A stretch of DNA of 64,000 bases from a virus, in the IMG/VR virus record IMGVR_UViG_3300025298_000103, positions 6,642-70,641 of that record. The stretch is one strand, 5' to 3'. Shown here in pieces: positions 46,590-57,356 of the stretch. Within the stretch, counting starts at the first letter, position 1, and every line of letters starts with the position of its first letter. The notes under the pieces are model-generated. The model was not told the DNA's origin and did no database searches. It worked only from the letters and a program-made list of their open reading frames with translations. The translations under genes and the position numbers were made by a program.

Positions 46590-49586
46590 ATGAACATCGC
46601 TGAACTGGGGATCCGCGTCGACTCCGCTGATGCTGCTCAGGCTGCAACCGACCTCGACAAGATGACGAAGGCCGGCACCCGGGCTGAACAGTCTGCTGCC
46701 GGCCTGATGAACGAGATGCAGGCGCTGGAGAAGTCGCTGTCATCTGGAGCTAAGTCCACCCAGGAGTTGGCCAAGCAGCGTGACGCGCTGGCCAGGCTGA
46801 CCAAGACCGGCGCCTACGGCGAGGCAGAGTTTGCGAAGATCACCGCGCAACTCGACAAGCAGCAAGCCGCGCTGGTCAAGTCCACCCTGGACGAGCAGAA
46901 GGCTCTCAACAGCCTGTTGGGAGCCATCAACCCGGCCATGGCGGCGGTAGCCAAGCTCGACAAGCAGATCGAGGACCTGGGCAAGCACCTGGATGCTGGC
47001 CGTATCAGCCAAGAGCAGTACAACTCCGCGCTGAGCAAAATCGACAAGGACTACGCCAAGCTCGAAAAGACCGCCTCCGGCTTTGACAAGCTTCGCCTCG
47101 GCACCCGCCAGGCTCAGGAAAACGTCGTGCAGCTCGGTAACGCGCTGTCGTCCGGTGACTGGGGCAGCGGTGTTCGCGCCGTGGCTCAGTTGGGCGCTGG
47201 TGCTGGCGCTTCGGCGGCTGGGTTGTTGGCCATTCTGGCGCCTATCGCTTTGGTCACTGCTGCAGTCACTGCTCTCGGATTCAGTTATTACAAGGGCACC
47301 AAAGAGCAGGACAAGTACAACGAATCGCTGATTGGGACCGGCAACTTTGCCGGGGTGAGCGCTGGGCAGCTTGGCGATATGGCGCGCCAGGTCGGCGCAA
47401 CCGTCGGCACTACCGGGCAGGCCGCTGAAGTCCTGGCGCTGTTGGCAGGGAACGGCAAAATCGCGGGCGAGAGCTTCCTGGGTATTACCCAGGCTGCAGT
47501 GTCGATGCAGGAAGCTACCGGAAAGGCGGTCAAGGACACGATCGCCGAGTTTGCGAAGATCGCCGACGAGCCGGTAAAGGCTTCGGCTGCGCTTAACGAG
47601 CAATACCACTACCTGACCGCTTCGGTTTACTCGCAGATCGCTGCGCTTGAAGAGCAGGGTGATCACGCCGGCGCGGTAAAGCTGGCGACTGAGCAATACG
47701 CTGACGCGATCAACGAGCGTACGCCGCGGATCCTCGAAAACCTGAGCTTCTGGGAGAAGGGCTACAACGCAGTAGCGCGGGCAGCGGACAACCTGAAGAA
47801 CCTGGGCCGCCCCGATATCGACGCTGATATCGAACAGGCCCGGCGGAACCTGGAGCAGGCTCAGTCCGGAAATGTTGGAGCGTTCCAGAACCAGAAGGAG
47901 ATGGTCGAGCTCTACAGCAACCAGCTCAATATGCTGGAGGATCAGAAGGCCGCAGCGGCGGACATTGCCAAGTGGGAAGGTGAGCAGGCTAAAGCCCAAC
48001 AGGATGCTGTCACCGCGATGGGCAAGGTCGATGCCCTGACGAAATCCTCCTGGACGAACGAGCAGAAGCGCGCCGACGCACTGAAGGAGTACAAGCGGCA
48101 GATCGACGATATCCGCAAAGTCAGCCCCAACGATGCACGCCTGAATCAGGCGGTGGTCGACAAGAACATCGCGAATATCAACGACAAGTTCAAGGACTCG
48201 AAAACACCGGCGGGCGCCGTCGACCTGACCAGCTTCAACGACTCGAAAAACGCGCTCACCGGCATCCTGTCCGAGTACAAAAACGCCCAGAAGGAACTGG
48301 ACGCCGCGCAGAAGGCCGGCCTGGTCTCCCAGGCCGACTACCTGCTCAAGCGCCAGGCCATGATCGGCAATGAGCGCGACGAGGTTACCGCGGCTTACGA
48401 GGCGGAAATCTCGGCGCTCGAAGCGACCAAGGGCAAGGCCGGCACCTCAGCTGCCCAGCGCATCCAGCTGGACCAGAAGATCGCTGACGCTCGCGCGGCA
48501 ATGGTCAAGGCGCAGAAGGATGCCGACTCGGAACTGGCCGTACTGGCCTCGAACGAGGAGGGCCGGCTCAAGAAGCAGGCCCTGGCTGTCAGCACCTATA
48601 CCGGCGCCTTGCAGCAGCAAGTCGACACTTTGCGCCGGCAGGGGCAGCGTGCGGCCGCCGGCCTTGGGCAAGGTGACCGGCAGCGCGGCCTGACCGACCA
48701 GCAGAACGCCATCGACGACCGCGTCAATCAGCAACGCCTGGACTTGGCCAACCAGTACGGTGACGGCTCCCGAGGCATGAGCCTCGACGAGTACAACCAG
48801 AAACTGGCAGCCCTGGATAAGACGCAGCGTGATCTGCAGGAAGCAGCGATCGCCAACTACGACGAGATGACCGCTGCCCAGGGTAGCTGGAGCGCCGGCG
48901 CTACATCGGCCTGGCAGAACTACCTGGAGTCGGCTCGTGACGTCGCAGGCCAAACAAAAAGCTTGTTCACCAGCGCCTACAGCTCCATGGAGGACGCAGC
49001 CGTCAACTTCGCGGTGACCGGAAAGGGCTCGTTTTCCGACTTCACCAAGTCGGTGCTGGCGGATATGGCGCGTATTGCCACGCGTCAAGCGAGCTCAGCA
49101 TTGCTGGGCAGCTTGGTGGGGGCAGCAACCAGCTATTTCACCGGTAGTGGTAGCGGTACCGGGGCGGCTTCTGCTGGTAGCACACAGGCTGGTTATACCG
49201 GGGTCGATTTCTCTGGATATCGAGCTGCTGGCGGTCCTGTTGCGCCCAACTCTCTGTACGAGGTCAACGAACTGGGGCCGGAGTTGTACAACGAGGGCGG
49301 CCGGTCATTCCTGATGACTGGGGCAAATGGAGGCAGCGTTACGCCCCTGAGCTCTGGAGGTGGGGCTGGAATAGCGGCTATGAGTGGTAGCGGCGGGCCA
49401 AACATCCAGATCAACGCACCGGTGAGCATCGTCACGCAGGACCGTAGCGGGGAGGGCATGCAGCTCGACCAGCAAGCTCTTCAGCAAAGCCTTCAGGCTC
49501 AGATGAAAGCGGTAGCCGAAAAGGCTGTGGCGGATTCGTGGCGCGCCGGTGGTACCAGTTTCAGGAACACAAACGGGAGGGCCTGA
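46590..49586 (+). CDS. Tape measure protein
   Basis: 998 aa, Ala/Gln-rich helical; lambda-H-like LNEQYHYLT. Confidence 0.93.
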   Translation: MNIAELGIRVDSADAAQAATDLDKMTKAGTRAEQSAAGLMNEMQALEKSLSSGAKSTQELAKQRDALARLTKTGAYGEAEFAKITAQLDKQQAALVKSTLDEQKALNSLLGAINPAMAAVAKLDKQIEDLGKHLDAGRISQEQYNSALSKIDKDYAKLEKTASGFDKLRLGTRQAQENVVQLGNALSSGDWGSGVRAVAQLGAGAGASAAGLLAILAPIALVTAAVTALGFSYYKGTKEQDKYNESLIGTGNFAGVSAGQLGDMARQVGATVGTTGQAAEVLALLAGNGKIAGESFLGITQAAVSMQEATGKAVKDTIAEFAKIADEPVKASAALNEQYHYLTASVYSQIAALEEQGDHAGAVKLATEQYADAINERTPRILENLSFWEKGYNAVARAADNLKNLGRPDIDADIEQARRNLEQAQSGNVGAFQNQKEMVELYSNQLNMLEDQKAAAADIAKWEGEQAKAQQDAVTAMGKVDALTKSSWTNEQKRADALKEYKRQIDDIRKVSPNDARLNQAVVDKNIANINDKFKDSKTPAGAVDLTSFNDSKNALTGILSEYKNAQKELDAAQKAGLVSQADYLLKRQAMIGNERDEVTAAYEAEISALEATKGKAGTSAAQRIQLDQKIADARAAMVKAQKDADSELAVLASNEEGRLKKQALAVSTYTGALQQQVDTLRRQGQRAAAGLGQGDRQRGLTDQQNAIDDRVNQQRLDLANQYGDGSRGMSLDEYNQKLAALDKTQRDLQEAAIANYDEMTAAQGSWSAGATSAWQNYLESARDVAGQTKSLFTSAYSSMEDAAVNFAVTGKGSFSDFTKSVLADMARIATRQASSALLGSLVGAATSYFTGSGSGTGAASAGSTQAGYTGVDFSGYRAAGGPVAPNSLYEVNELGPELYNEGGRSFLMTGANGGSVTPLSSGGGAGIAAMSGSGGPNIQINAPVSIVTQDRSGEGMQLDQQALQQSLQAQMKAVAEKAVADSWRAGGTSFRNTNGRA

Positions 49587-49924
49587 TGGCTATCGAAACA
49601 TTCATTTGGCCAACCCAGAACGGGGATGCACCCGAGATCACTTATCGGGTGCGCACCTCTCAATTCGGTGACGGCTACAAGCAGGAGGCCGGCGACGGTC
49701 CCAACAACAAAGTGGACTCTTACCCAATCACCTTCAGCGGCACGAAGGCCAGGGTGTTGGAGATCATGGCTTTCCTCGACCGGCATGCCGGCGCGAAGGC
49801 TTTCCTCTGGACAACGCCGCTTGGTCAGCTTGGCCTGTTCACCTGCAAAAATCCTGTTCCCACCCCGGTGGGCGGGGACGTTTTCAAACTCACGGCCACC
49901 TTTGACCGTGCCTTTCATCCATAA
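49586..49924 (+). CDS. Minor tail protein M-like
   Basis: QFGDGYKQ, FLDRHAGAKAFLWT. Confidence 0.88.
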   Translation: MAIETFIWPTQNGDAPEITYRVRTSQFGDGYKQEAGDGPNNKVDSYPITFSGTKARVLEIMAFLDRHAGAKAFLWTTPLGQLGLFTCKNPVPTPVGGDVFKLTATFDRAFHP

Positions 49925-49933
49925 GGGGCAACC

Positions 49934-50683
49934 ATGCCACTGATCAGTGACATACAGAAGCTGGAGCCTGGCAGTGAGGTGCTGCTGTTCGAGCTGGACG
50001 GCTCGGACTTCGGTGCCGACGTGCTGCGGTTCCATGGGCATGCAATCCCGCATACGCCCGAGGAGCTACTGGTGGCGGGGTCGAATGCCGACCAGCTTCC
50101 GGCCAAGTCGATCTGGTGGCAGGGCAGTGAATACGGTGCTTGGCCGCTGCAGGTGGAAGGCATCGAGGCGAACTCGGACGGTACTGCTGTGCGCCCGACG
50201 CTGTCGGTCGGCAATGTCAATGGTCGCATCACAGCCCTGTGCCTGGCCTTCGATGACCTGCTCGAGTTCAAGTTGACCATCCGCAAGACGCTTGGCCAGT
50301 ACCTGGACGCGGTCAATTTCCCCGGCGGCAACCCTGAAGCTGACCCGACCCAGGAGAGTATCGAGGTCTGGTACATCGACCAGAAGGTATCGGAGAACGG
50401 CCAGACAGTAACCTGGGAGCTGGCCAGCCCCGGAGACGTTGGCGGTGAGACGATCGGCCGGCAGATGACCACGCTATGTCACTGGGCCATGACCAATGGC
50501 TACCGCGGGCCCAACTGCGGATACACAGGGCCGTACCGCGATAAGGATGGCAACCTCACTGACAACCCTGAACTAGATGAATGCGACGGCTGCCTGGGCA
50601 CCGGGTGCGTGCCGCGCTTCGGTGTAGGCAACCCGCTGCCGTTCGGCGGCTTCCCCGCCGTATCTCTTATTGCCCGGAGCTGA
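49934..50683 (+). CDS. Minor tail protein L
   Basis: YLDAVNF, YRGPNCGY, Cys cluster, FGGFP. Confidence 0.9.
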   Translation: MPLISDIQKLEPGSEVLLFELDGSDFGADVLRFHGHAIPHTPEELLVAGSNADQLPAKSIWWQGSEYGAWPLQVEGIEANSDGTAVRPTLSVGNVNGRITALCLAFDDLLEFKLTIRKTLGQYLDAVNFPGGNPEADPTQESIEVWYIDQKVSENGQTVTWELASPGDVGGETIGRQMTTLCHWAMTNGYRGPNCGYTGPYRDKDGNLTDNPELDECDGCLGTGCVPRFGVGNPLPFGGFPAVSLIARS

Positions 50684-50685
50684 TC

Positions 50686-51450
50686 ATGCGCAAACACATC
50701 CTCGCCGCCGTGCAAGAGCACGCTGCGGCGGAATACCCGCGCGAGTGCTGCGGGCTGCTGCTGGCGGTGGACCGCAAGCAGATCTACTACCCGTGCACCA
50801 ACGTGGCCACTGAGCCAACCGAGGAATTCCGCATCGCGCCTGAGCAGTACGCCGAAGCGGAAGACCTGGGCGAGGTGATCGGCATCGTGCATTCGCATCC
50901 TGATGCCACCAGCAGACCGTCGCCGCGTGACCTGGCCATGTGTGAGGCCACGGCGCTTCCCTGGCACATCCTGAGCTGGCCCGAGGGAGATCTGCGTACC
51001 ATCGCGCCGGCGGGCAACACGCCGTTGCTCAAGCGTCCATTCGTGCATGGCGCCTGGGACTGTTGGCAGGTCTGCGCGGACTGGTACAAACGTGAGTGGG
51101 GGCTGGAGTTTGAAGCCTTCCAGCGCGCTGATGGCTGGTGGGAGGACCCGGTCGGGCCGAGCCTCTACGAGCAGGCCTATGAAGCGGCAGGATTCGTGCA
51201 GGTCGACCAGCCGCGGCGCGGCGACATGATCGTCATGTCCGTGGGCCGCACCGCGCACCCGAACCATGCAGGGATCTACCTCGGTGCCGATCCGGAGCTG
51301 CCCGGGGAGTCTGCCGAGGTGCTCGGCTCAGGGCCTTTCCTACTGCACCATCTGTATGGCCGTCCAAGCGAGATCATTGTTTTCGGCGGGCCATGGCTCG
51401 ATCGAACACGCCTGATCCTCAGGCACAAAGATGCACAACCAACTACATGA
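50686..51450 (+). CDS. Tail assembly protein K (JAB plus NlpC/P60)
   Basis: YPRECCG, VHSHPD..PS..D, DCW, NHAGIY. Confidence 0.9.
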   Translation: MRKHILAAVQEHAAAEYPRECCGLLLAVDRKQIYYPCTNVATEPTEEFRIAPEQYAEAEDLGEVIGIVHSHPDATSRPSPRDLAMCEATALPWHILSWPEGDLRTIAPAGNTPLLKRPFVHGAWDCWQVCADWYKREWGLEFEAFQRADGWWEDPVGPSLYEQAYEAAGFVQVDQPRRGDMIVMSVGRTAHPNHAGIYLGADPELPGESAEVLGSGPFLLHHLYGRPSEIIVFGGPWLDRTRLILRHKDAQPTT

Positions 51451-51601
51451 TGCGGCAGGGCTGCAGGGAGCGTTATGTCGAGGACAGATAGATTTCCAGA
51501 TCCAATGAGCTTTCTTCCGGAACACATCCCAGTGTCTGCTGCAATGATTGAGGCAGGGCTATCTGTTCTCGAAGAGACTGACGAGTGGCCGCTATCTCGT
51601 C

Positions 51602-52192
51602 TTACGGTCGAAAGAGCTTTTCAGGAGATGTGCCTTTGTGGGCTTCGAGAATCTGTTCTCGAGTCCAGCGCCCCGAAATAATCTCAACCCCAAAGCCAAT
51701 GGCGCGGCAAATTTTCATTAGAGTTAGGCAGTGATCTCTCAGCTCATCCAGCGTCAAGCTCGCATTGGCTTTTGTGGGGCTTTTGGGCTTGATAAGGTCT
51801 GTCAGGGTCGCGGTTTCACCTTCGTTTAGCCCCCATTGCCAATGGACAATTTTGTGTCGAATTGGAGAAACTCGCTCAAACGCTTCAAAAGAGATAGCAA
51901 GATCTTTGGCTGTTTCAGCGTGGCGGCTCGATGCCTCGGTCAACTTGAACTTGGCATACCTGATCATGCCCGCCATGGGCATATTGGTTTCAATAGAAAG
52001 ACGCTGCGCCTCCCCAACCGTTTTTCCGAGAGCAATGGCGAATAGCTCCGCTATTTTCCACTCAACTGCTGAGTAATTTACGATGAACTGACCCATTGCA
52101 TGTAGATGCGGGTCTGAGGGGCCGTTGTCATATTGGCGCACCCAGTCGATTGAAAATGGTGGGCGAGGTTTAAAGTCTTCTTCTGCGCTCAT
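51602..52192 (-). CDS. Moron: HEPN-like protein
   Basis: MGQFIVNYSAVE helix and RHKIVH (Rx4H); antisense to the tail genes, lower GC. Confidence 0.7.
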   Translation of the reverse strand: MSAEEDFKPRPPFSIDWVRQYDNGPSDPHLHAMGQFIVNYSAVEWKIAELFAIALGKTVGEAQRLSIETNMPMAGMIRYAKFKLTEASSRHAETAKDLAISFEAFERVSPIRHKIVHWQWGLNEGETATLTDLIKPKSPTKANASLTLDELRDHCLTLMKICRAIGFGVEIISGRWTREQILEAHKGTSPEKLFRP

Positions 52193-52375
52193 GAGATATC
52201 CTTGCCTTATCCGCGCCGAAATTGGCGCAATCCCAGTCCTTGGGCTTGCAGGCAAAGGACTGGGGAATCCGTTGCGTGTGGCAGGAGGCTACTATCGGCG
52301 GGGAGCGGGGTGTTACTGGGGATTCGTACAGGCGAAACCAGGGTACAGTCGGTGCTTTCAGGACGAGGATGAATC

Positions 52376-52663
52376 ATGAGGATTATCAATTTCGTTGCCG
52401 CAGTCGGTCTTGCACTTGTGCTCTCTGGCTGTGCCGGAACAAATTTTTCGTATGATGAAGCCAGGAAGGTAAAGATCGGAATGACCGAGGATGAAGTTAC
52501 CCAGATCATGGGTCCTCCGTATTCTGTAGTTTCCCGAGCTGATGGTCAGATGTGGGTTTGGAGCCATGCGAACGGAATGACCGGTACGAGCCGCGTGATT
52601 TCCTTCAGAATGGTGGACGGGAAGGTCGTCGAAGTGCCAACCATTCCTGCAAGCTTCAAATAA
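52376..52663 (+). CDS. SmpA/BamE-like lipoprotein moron
   Basis: Lipobox LSGC; KIGMTEDEVTQIMGPP. Confidence 0.8.
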   Translation: MRIINFVAAVGLALVLSGCAGTNFSYDEARKVKIGMTEDEVTQIMGPPYSVVSRADGQMWVWSHANGMTGTSRVISFRMVDGKVVEVPTIPASFK

Positions 52664-52739
52664 CGTTTTGTGGCACGTTGGTTTCTTGTTCCAGCCAGCC
52701 CAGTGCTACATTGCCCGCATTTCCACAGGAGTGACCTGC

Positions 52740-53084
52740 ATGAGATTTTTCGTAGGAGCGTTGGCGGTGGCGATGTTGGCGGGGTGTGTCTCGCCCGGAG
52801 ACCTGGAGGGCAACAACCCAAGCATCAAGGTTTCGACAGCGAAAGACCCAAAACGTTATGCGCTCTGTGTTTTCCCAAAGTGGCAGGCCGCCCGAACTGA
52901 TTCATCGATGGTGGAGACTGAATCCGGGTATCGGCTTTGGGTCGCGAGCAACAGCATGGCGGATGAGTTGCTAGATGTAAAAAGGATTGCATCCGGTAGC
53001 CAGGTCACGCTGCGTCAGCGAATGGCTTGGTCTGCTATGCCAGGTCGCAGTGCAATCGAAGCAGCGGTTAAGTCCTGTCTCTGA
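52740..53084 (+). CDS. Lipoprotein moron
   Basis: Lipobox LAGC; ends in CL. Confidence 0.8.
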   Translation: MRFFVGALAVAMLAGCVSPGDLEGNNPSIKVSTAKDPKRYALCVFPKWQAARTDSSMVETESGYRLWVASNSMADELLDVKRIASGSQVTLRQRMAWSAMPGRSAIEAAVKSCL

Positions 53085-53139
53085 AAGTGTCAATTTTTAC
53101 AGCCGCCTCCGGGCGGTTTTTTATTGCCTGGAGAAAAGT

Positions 53140-53721
53140 ATGGGCGCAGCGGCACTGTATCAACCAATGACAATCATCAAACTTTCAGGTTCTCTTGCCG
53201 GGAAATTTGGCCGAATGCATCGGCGACAGCTTGATTCTGGGCAGTCCTGGGAGGTGTTCAAAGCTTTGAAAAATACTATTCAGGGCTTTGAGGAAGAGAT
53301 TCGTCGACTGGATAGTTTGGGCATGAGATTCGCTATTTTTCGCAATGGAAAGAACGTTGGAATTAACGACTTCGACCGGGCGGGGACCAGGGAGATTCGC
53401 GTGGTTCCAGTTGTCGAGGGAAGCAAGCGCGGCGGGATACTGCAGACAGTTCTTGGTGCGGCCCTACTTGTTGCAAGTATCTGGTTTCCAAGCCTGGCGC
53501 CTGCTGGTATCGCTATGGTAGCCGGCGGCGTCATCCAGATGCTCAGCCCCCAGGCAAAGGGGCTGTCCATGAGCGGAGCCCCGGAGAACATGCCGTCATA
53601 CGCTTTCGGGAGCGCAAAGAACACAACCGCCAGCGGCAACCCTGTCCCGATCTGTATCGGCAAGCGCCGCTGGGGCGGGGCGATTATCTCCGCATCTATC
53701 CGCGCCGAAGACAAGGCGTAG
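53140..53721 (+). CDS. Tail assembly protein I
   Basis: PVVEGSKRGG, MLSPQ, SYAFG, GNPVPI. Confidence 0.9.
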   Translation: MGAAALYQPMTIIKLSGSLAGKFGRMHRRQLDSGQSWEVFKALKNTIQGFEEEIRRLDSLGMRFAIFRNGKNVGINDFDRAGTREIRVVPVVEGSKRGGILQTVLGAALLVASIWFPSLAPAGIAMVAGGVIQMLSPQAKGLSMSGAPENMPSYAFGSAKNTTASGNPVPICIGKRRWGGAIISASIRAEDKA

Positions 53722-53781
53722 CACCCAGCACGAAATATCATCAACCGCCCACGGGCGGTTTTTTATTGCCCGGAGGAAAGT

Positions 53782-56700
53782 ATGGGCGCAGCACTCCTGC
53801 CAGAAGTAAACGGCGCCAAGGGTGGCGAGAAGAAGCCCAAGGCTCCCTACGAAGCTCCCGACAGCCTGCGGTCTACCAACATCGCCAAGATCCTGCTGGC
53901 AGTTGGCGAGGGCGAGTTTGACGGCACGCCGACCGACCGTGATATCTACCTCGACAACACACCGATCAAGGACGCGAGCGGGAACATCAATTTCCCCGGG
54001 GTAAAGTGGGAATGGCGCCCTGGATCGATCGAACAGGACTACATCAAAGGCATCCCTGCGATCGAGAACGAGACGACGGTAAACGTCGAGCTGCGTAGCG
54101 ACAACCCCTTCACCCGAACCCTGAGCAACATTCAGCTATCCAGATTCCGCGTGCGCTTTTCCTGGCCACGGTTGGTCAGTCAAGACAGCAGCGGCAACAC
54201 CAATGGCTACCGGATCGAGTACGCCATCGACGTTTCCACCGACGGCGGGGCGTTTGTAGAGTCCCTTCGTAGCGCTGTGGACGGCAAGACCACCAACGGC
54301 TATCAGCGCTCTGATCCCGTAAGCCTTCCACCGGCCACGTCCGGCTGGGCTTTCCGTGTTCGCCGCATCACGCCAAACGCCAACAGCGGCACTATTGCCG
54401 ACACGATGACCATCGCCGGTTACACCGAGATCATCGACCAGAAGCTGCGCTACCCGAACACCGCGCTGCTGTACATCGAGTTCGATGCTGAGCAGTTCCA
54501 GAACATCCCGGCCGTGACTGTGGACTGCAACGCCCAGCGATGGCCTGTGCCGAGCAACTACGACCCGGTGGCCCGCACCTACACTGGCGTGTGGGACGGC
54601 ACATTCAAGCAGGCCTGGACCAACAATCCGGTATGGGCAACCTACGGCTTGTGCGTTAACGATCGGTTCGGTCTGGGCAAACGCATCCAGCCATGGATGG
54701 TCGACAAGTGGGAGATGTATCGCATCTCCCAGTACTGCGACCAGCTGGTACCGAACGGCGTGGGCGGCATGGAGCCGCGCTATCTGTGTGACCTGAACCT
54801 GCAGGGCAAGGCCGAGGCCTGGACGCTGCTGCGCGACCTCTCGGCGATCTACCGAGGCATGGTCTATTGGGCACAGGGCGCGCTGTACATGCAGGCCGAC
54901 ATGCCGCGCGCGCAGGACATCGACTACGTCTTCACCAGGTCGAACGTAATCGACGGCGATTTCGTTTACGGCGGCGCGGGCCGCGACACGCACTACAGTC
55001 GCGCGCTGGTGAGCTACGACAACCCGGCGAACAACTACGATACCGATGTGGTCCCGGTTACGGACATAGCGTTGCAGCGCCGGTACCGGGATCGACCCAT
55101 CGAGATCTCGGCCATTGGCTGCACGCGGGCCAGTGAAGCCCAGCGCCGCGGTAAGTGGGCGCTGCTGAGCAACAGCCAGGACCGTACCGTCTCGTTCAAA
55201 ACGGGCATGGAGGGGGCGAATGTGCTGCCGGGCTTCGTCATCCCTGTGGCCGACGAACTGGTGGCGGGCAGGCCGAACGGCGGTCGCATCTCGGCCGCGG
55301 CGGGCCGGGTGATCACTCTTGATCGGGACACGCCAATCAAGGCTGGTGATCGCCTGATCATCAACCTGCCCAACGGCACCGCCCAGGGCAGGACCGTGCA
55401 GTCGGTCAGCGGCCGCGCGGTGACCGTGACCACCACCTATGCCCTGCAGCCCGAGCCTGAACTGCAGTGGGCGATCGACTACGAAGACTTGGCCATCCAG
55501 CTGTTTCGCGTCCTAAAGCGCGTGCGCACGACCGAGGACGAGTACGAGTTCACCGCCTTGGAGTTCAACCCGAGCAAGTTCGCCGCAATCGACACCGGCG
55601 CCAAACTCGAGGAGCGGCCAATCAGCGTCATCCCGGTGACTACCGTGCCGCCGCCGGCGAGCGTAACGCTGACCTCCGGCTACGCCGTTGACCAGGGCCT
55701 GGCGGTCAGCACCATGACCATTGCATGGCCAGCGGTGGAAGGGGCGGTGGCGTATGACGTTGAGTGGCGCAAGGACAGCGGCAACTGGATCCGCCTGCAG
55801 CGCACCGGTACAGCCTCGGTCGATGTTGTTGGCATCTACGCCGGCGCCTACCTGGCGCGGGTGCGGGCGGTGAGTGCCTTCGATATCTCCTCGATCTGGA
55901 AAAGCTCGAACCTGACCGATCTCAAGGGCAAGGAGGGGCTACCGCCGTCGGTGTCGTTCCTGACGCCGACGAGCCTGGTCTACGGCATCCGCCTGGATTG
56001 GGGCTTCCCTGCAGGCGCCGAAGACACCCAGCGGACGGAGATCTGGTACAGCAAGACCACTTCGCAGGCCGACGCGATCAAGCTGGGCGACTTCGCCTAT
56101 CCGCAGGCGCGGCACGAAATGCATGCCCTCCTGGCGGGTGCCTCGTTCTTCTTCTGGGCTCGCCTGGTCGACCGCACCGGCAACGTCGGGCCGTGGTATC
56201 CGACCGGTGTCGGGGTCAATGGCCAGGCCAGCTCTGACCAGAGTGAATACGAGGAGTACTTCGAAGGCCAGATCGGCGAATCTGCCCTCGGCCAGCACCT
56301 GGGCGAGCGAATCAACCTGATCGACGGCCCGGCCGACCTTCCTGGGTCGGTCAACAACCGCATCCAAGTGGTTTCGGGTGAAGTGTCAGCGATTTCGGAA
56401 AAGGTCGACGGCGTGTTTGCCCAGGTGAACCCGCCGATGGCCGGTTCCACCGAAGATCTGGCCGGCTCGACGGAAAGCTTCGTTGGTGTCTGGTCGGTGC
56501 AGTCGGCGGTGATCGAGGGCGACGTGGCCATCGGCAAGCGCGTAGATACCGTCCAAGTCCAGATGGGCCAGAATACCGCTGCAATCCAGGAGGTGAGCCA
56601 GGCCCAGGTGGACCTGAACGGTAAGGCCTCGACCATGTGGTCGGTGAAGATGCAGATCGATGCTGCAGGGCGTTACGTGTCCGCGGGCATCGGGCTCGGC

Positions 56701-57060
56701 ATTGAAAACCAGAACGGGGTATTCCAAAGCCAGTTCCTGGTGAGTGCCGATCGCTTCGCCGTTGTGAATGGCATGGGCGGTGGTGCGCTTGCTGTGCCGT
56801 TTGTTGTTCAGGACGGTCAGGTCTTCATCAACCAGGCGTTTATCAACCAGGCCTTTATCAAGGAGCTGGTGCTCGGTATGACGCTCAGGTCAGCAGCACT
56901 CAACAGCGAAGGCTTGCCGTTGCTGGAAATCAACATTCCAGCAGGGACGTTGACGCTGCGCGGCCAGTCGGCGGAAGGCTCTACGTTGCTGAACAACAAC
57001 GGCATCTTCGTTTACGACCTGAACCATATCGAGCGCGCAGGGCTGGGGAGGCTTTCGTAA
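53782..57060 (+). CDS. Tail tip / host specificity protein J
   Basis: 1092 aa; YPNTA, WTNNP, QRRGKW, FN3-like region, SQFLVSADRFAV. Confidence 0.93.
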   Translation: MGAALLPEVNGAKGGEKKPKAPYEAPDSLRSTNIAKILLAVGEGEFDGTPTDRDIYLDNTPIKDASGNINFPGVKWEWRPGSIEQDYIKGIPAIENETTVNVELRSDNPFTRTLSNIQLSRFRVRFSWPRLVSQDSSGNTNGYRIEYAIDVSTDGGAFVESLRSAVDGKTTNGYQRSDPVSLPPATSGWAFRVRRITPNANSGTIADTMTIAGYTEIIDQKLRYPNTALLYIEFDAEQFQNIPAVTVDCNAQRWPVPSNYDPVARTYTGVWDGTFKQAWTNNPVWATYGLCVNDRFGLGKRIQPWMVDKWEMYRISQYCDQLVPNGVGGMEPRYLCDLNLQGKAEAWTLLRDLSAIYRGMVYWAQGALYMQADMPRAQDIDYVFTRSNVIDGDFVYGGAGRDTHYSRALVSYDNPANNYDTDVVPVTDIALQRRYRDRPIEISAIGCTRASEAQRRGKWALLSNSQDRTVSFKTGMEGANVLPGFVIPVADELVAGRPNGGRISAAAGRVITLDRDTPIKAGDRLIINLPNGTAQGRTVQSVSGRAVTVTTTYALQPEPELQWAIDYEDLAIQLFRVLKRVRTTEDEYEFTALEFNPSKFAAIDTGAKLEERPISVIPVTTVPPPASVTLTSGYAVDQGLAVSTMTIAWPAVEGAVAYDVEWRKDSGNWIRLQRTGTASVDVVGIYAGAYLARVRAVSAFDISSIWKSSNLTDLKGKEGLPPSVSFLTPTSLVYGIRLDWGFPAGAEDTQRTEIWYSKTTSQADAIKLGDFAYPQARHEMHALLAGASFFFWARLVDRTGNVGPWYPTGVGVNGQASSDQSEYEEYFEGQIGESALGQHLGERINLIDGPADLPGSVNNRIQVVSGEVSAISEKVDGVFAQVNPPMAGSTEDLAGSTESFVGVWSVQSAVIEGDVAIGKRVDTVQVQMGQNTAAIQEVSQAQVDLNGKASTMWSVKMQIDAAGRYVSAGIGLGIENQNGVFQSQFLVSADRFAVVNGMGGGALAVPFVVQDGQVFINQAFINQAFIKELVLGMTLRSAALNSEGLPLLEINIPAGTLTLRGQSAEGSTLLNNNGIFVYDLNHIERAGLGRLS

Positions 57061-57356
57061 TGGCGTTTTATGGAGCCAGAACAAGAAATGCCGCCGGCGT
57101 GGAGACGCTTAACACGTCGACCATGGGTATTCGCTCGATCGTGACCGTGAAGGTCACGGTCCCGCCGATCACCAGCGACTTCACCAGCTTCATCAATATG
57201 CCGGAGATCACTGCGACTTCGTTCGTTTGCGTCACGCTTCAGGACGCCTCGAACAGCTCCTCGGCGCTCCCTGCTGTGTTCTGGTCTACCGGCCAGCTCA
57301 GGGTTCGCCGCGGCGCTGGCATCGCCTTGAACGTTTTCATCCTGACTTATCAATAA
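57060..57356 (+). CDS. Tail tip accessory protein
   Basis: Coupled to J. Confidence 0.65.
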   Translation: MAFYGARTRNAAGVETLNTSTMGIRSIVTVKVTVPPITSDFTSFINMPEITATSFVCVTLQDASNSSSALPAVFWSTGQLRVRRGAGIALNVFILTYQ

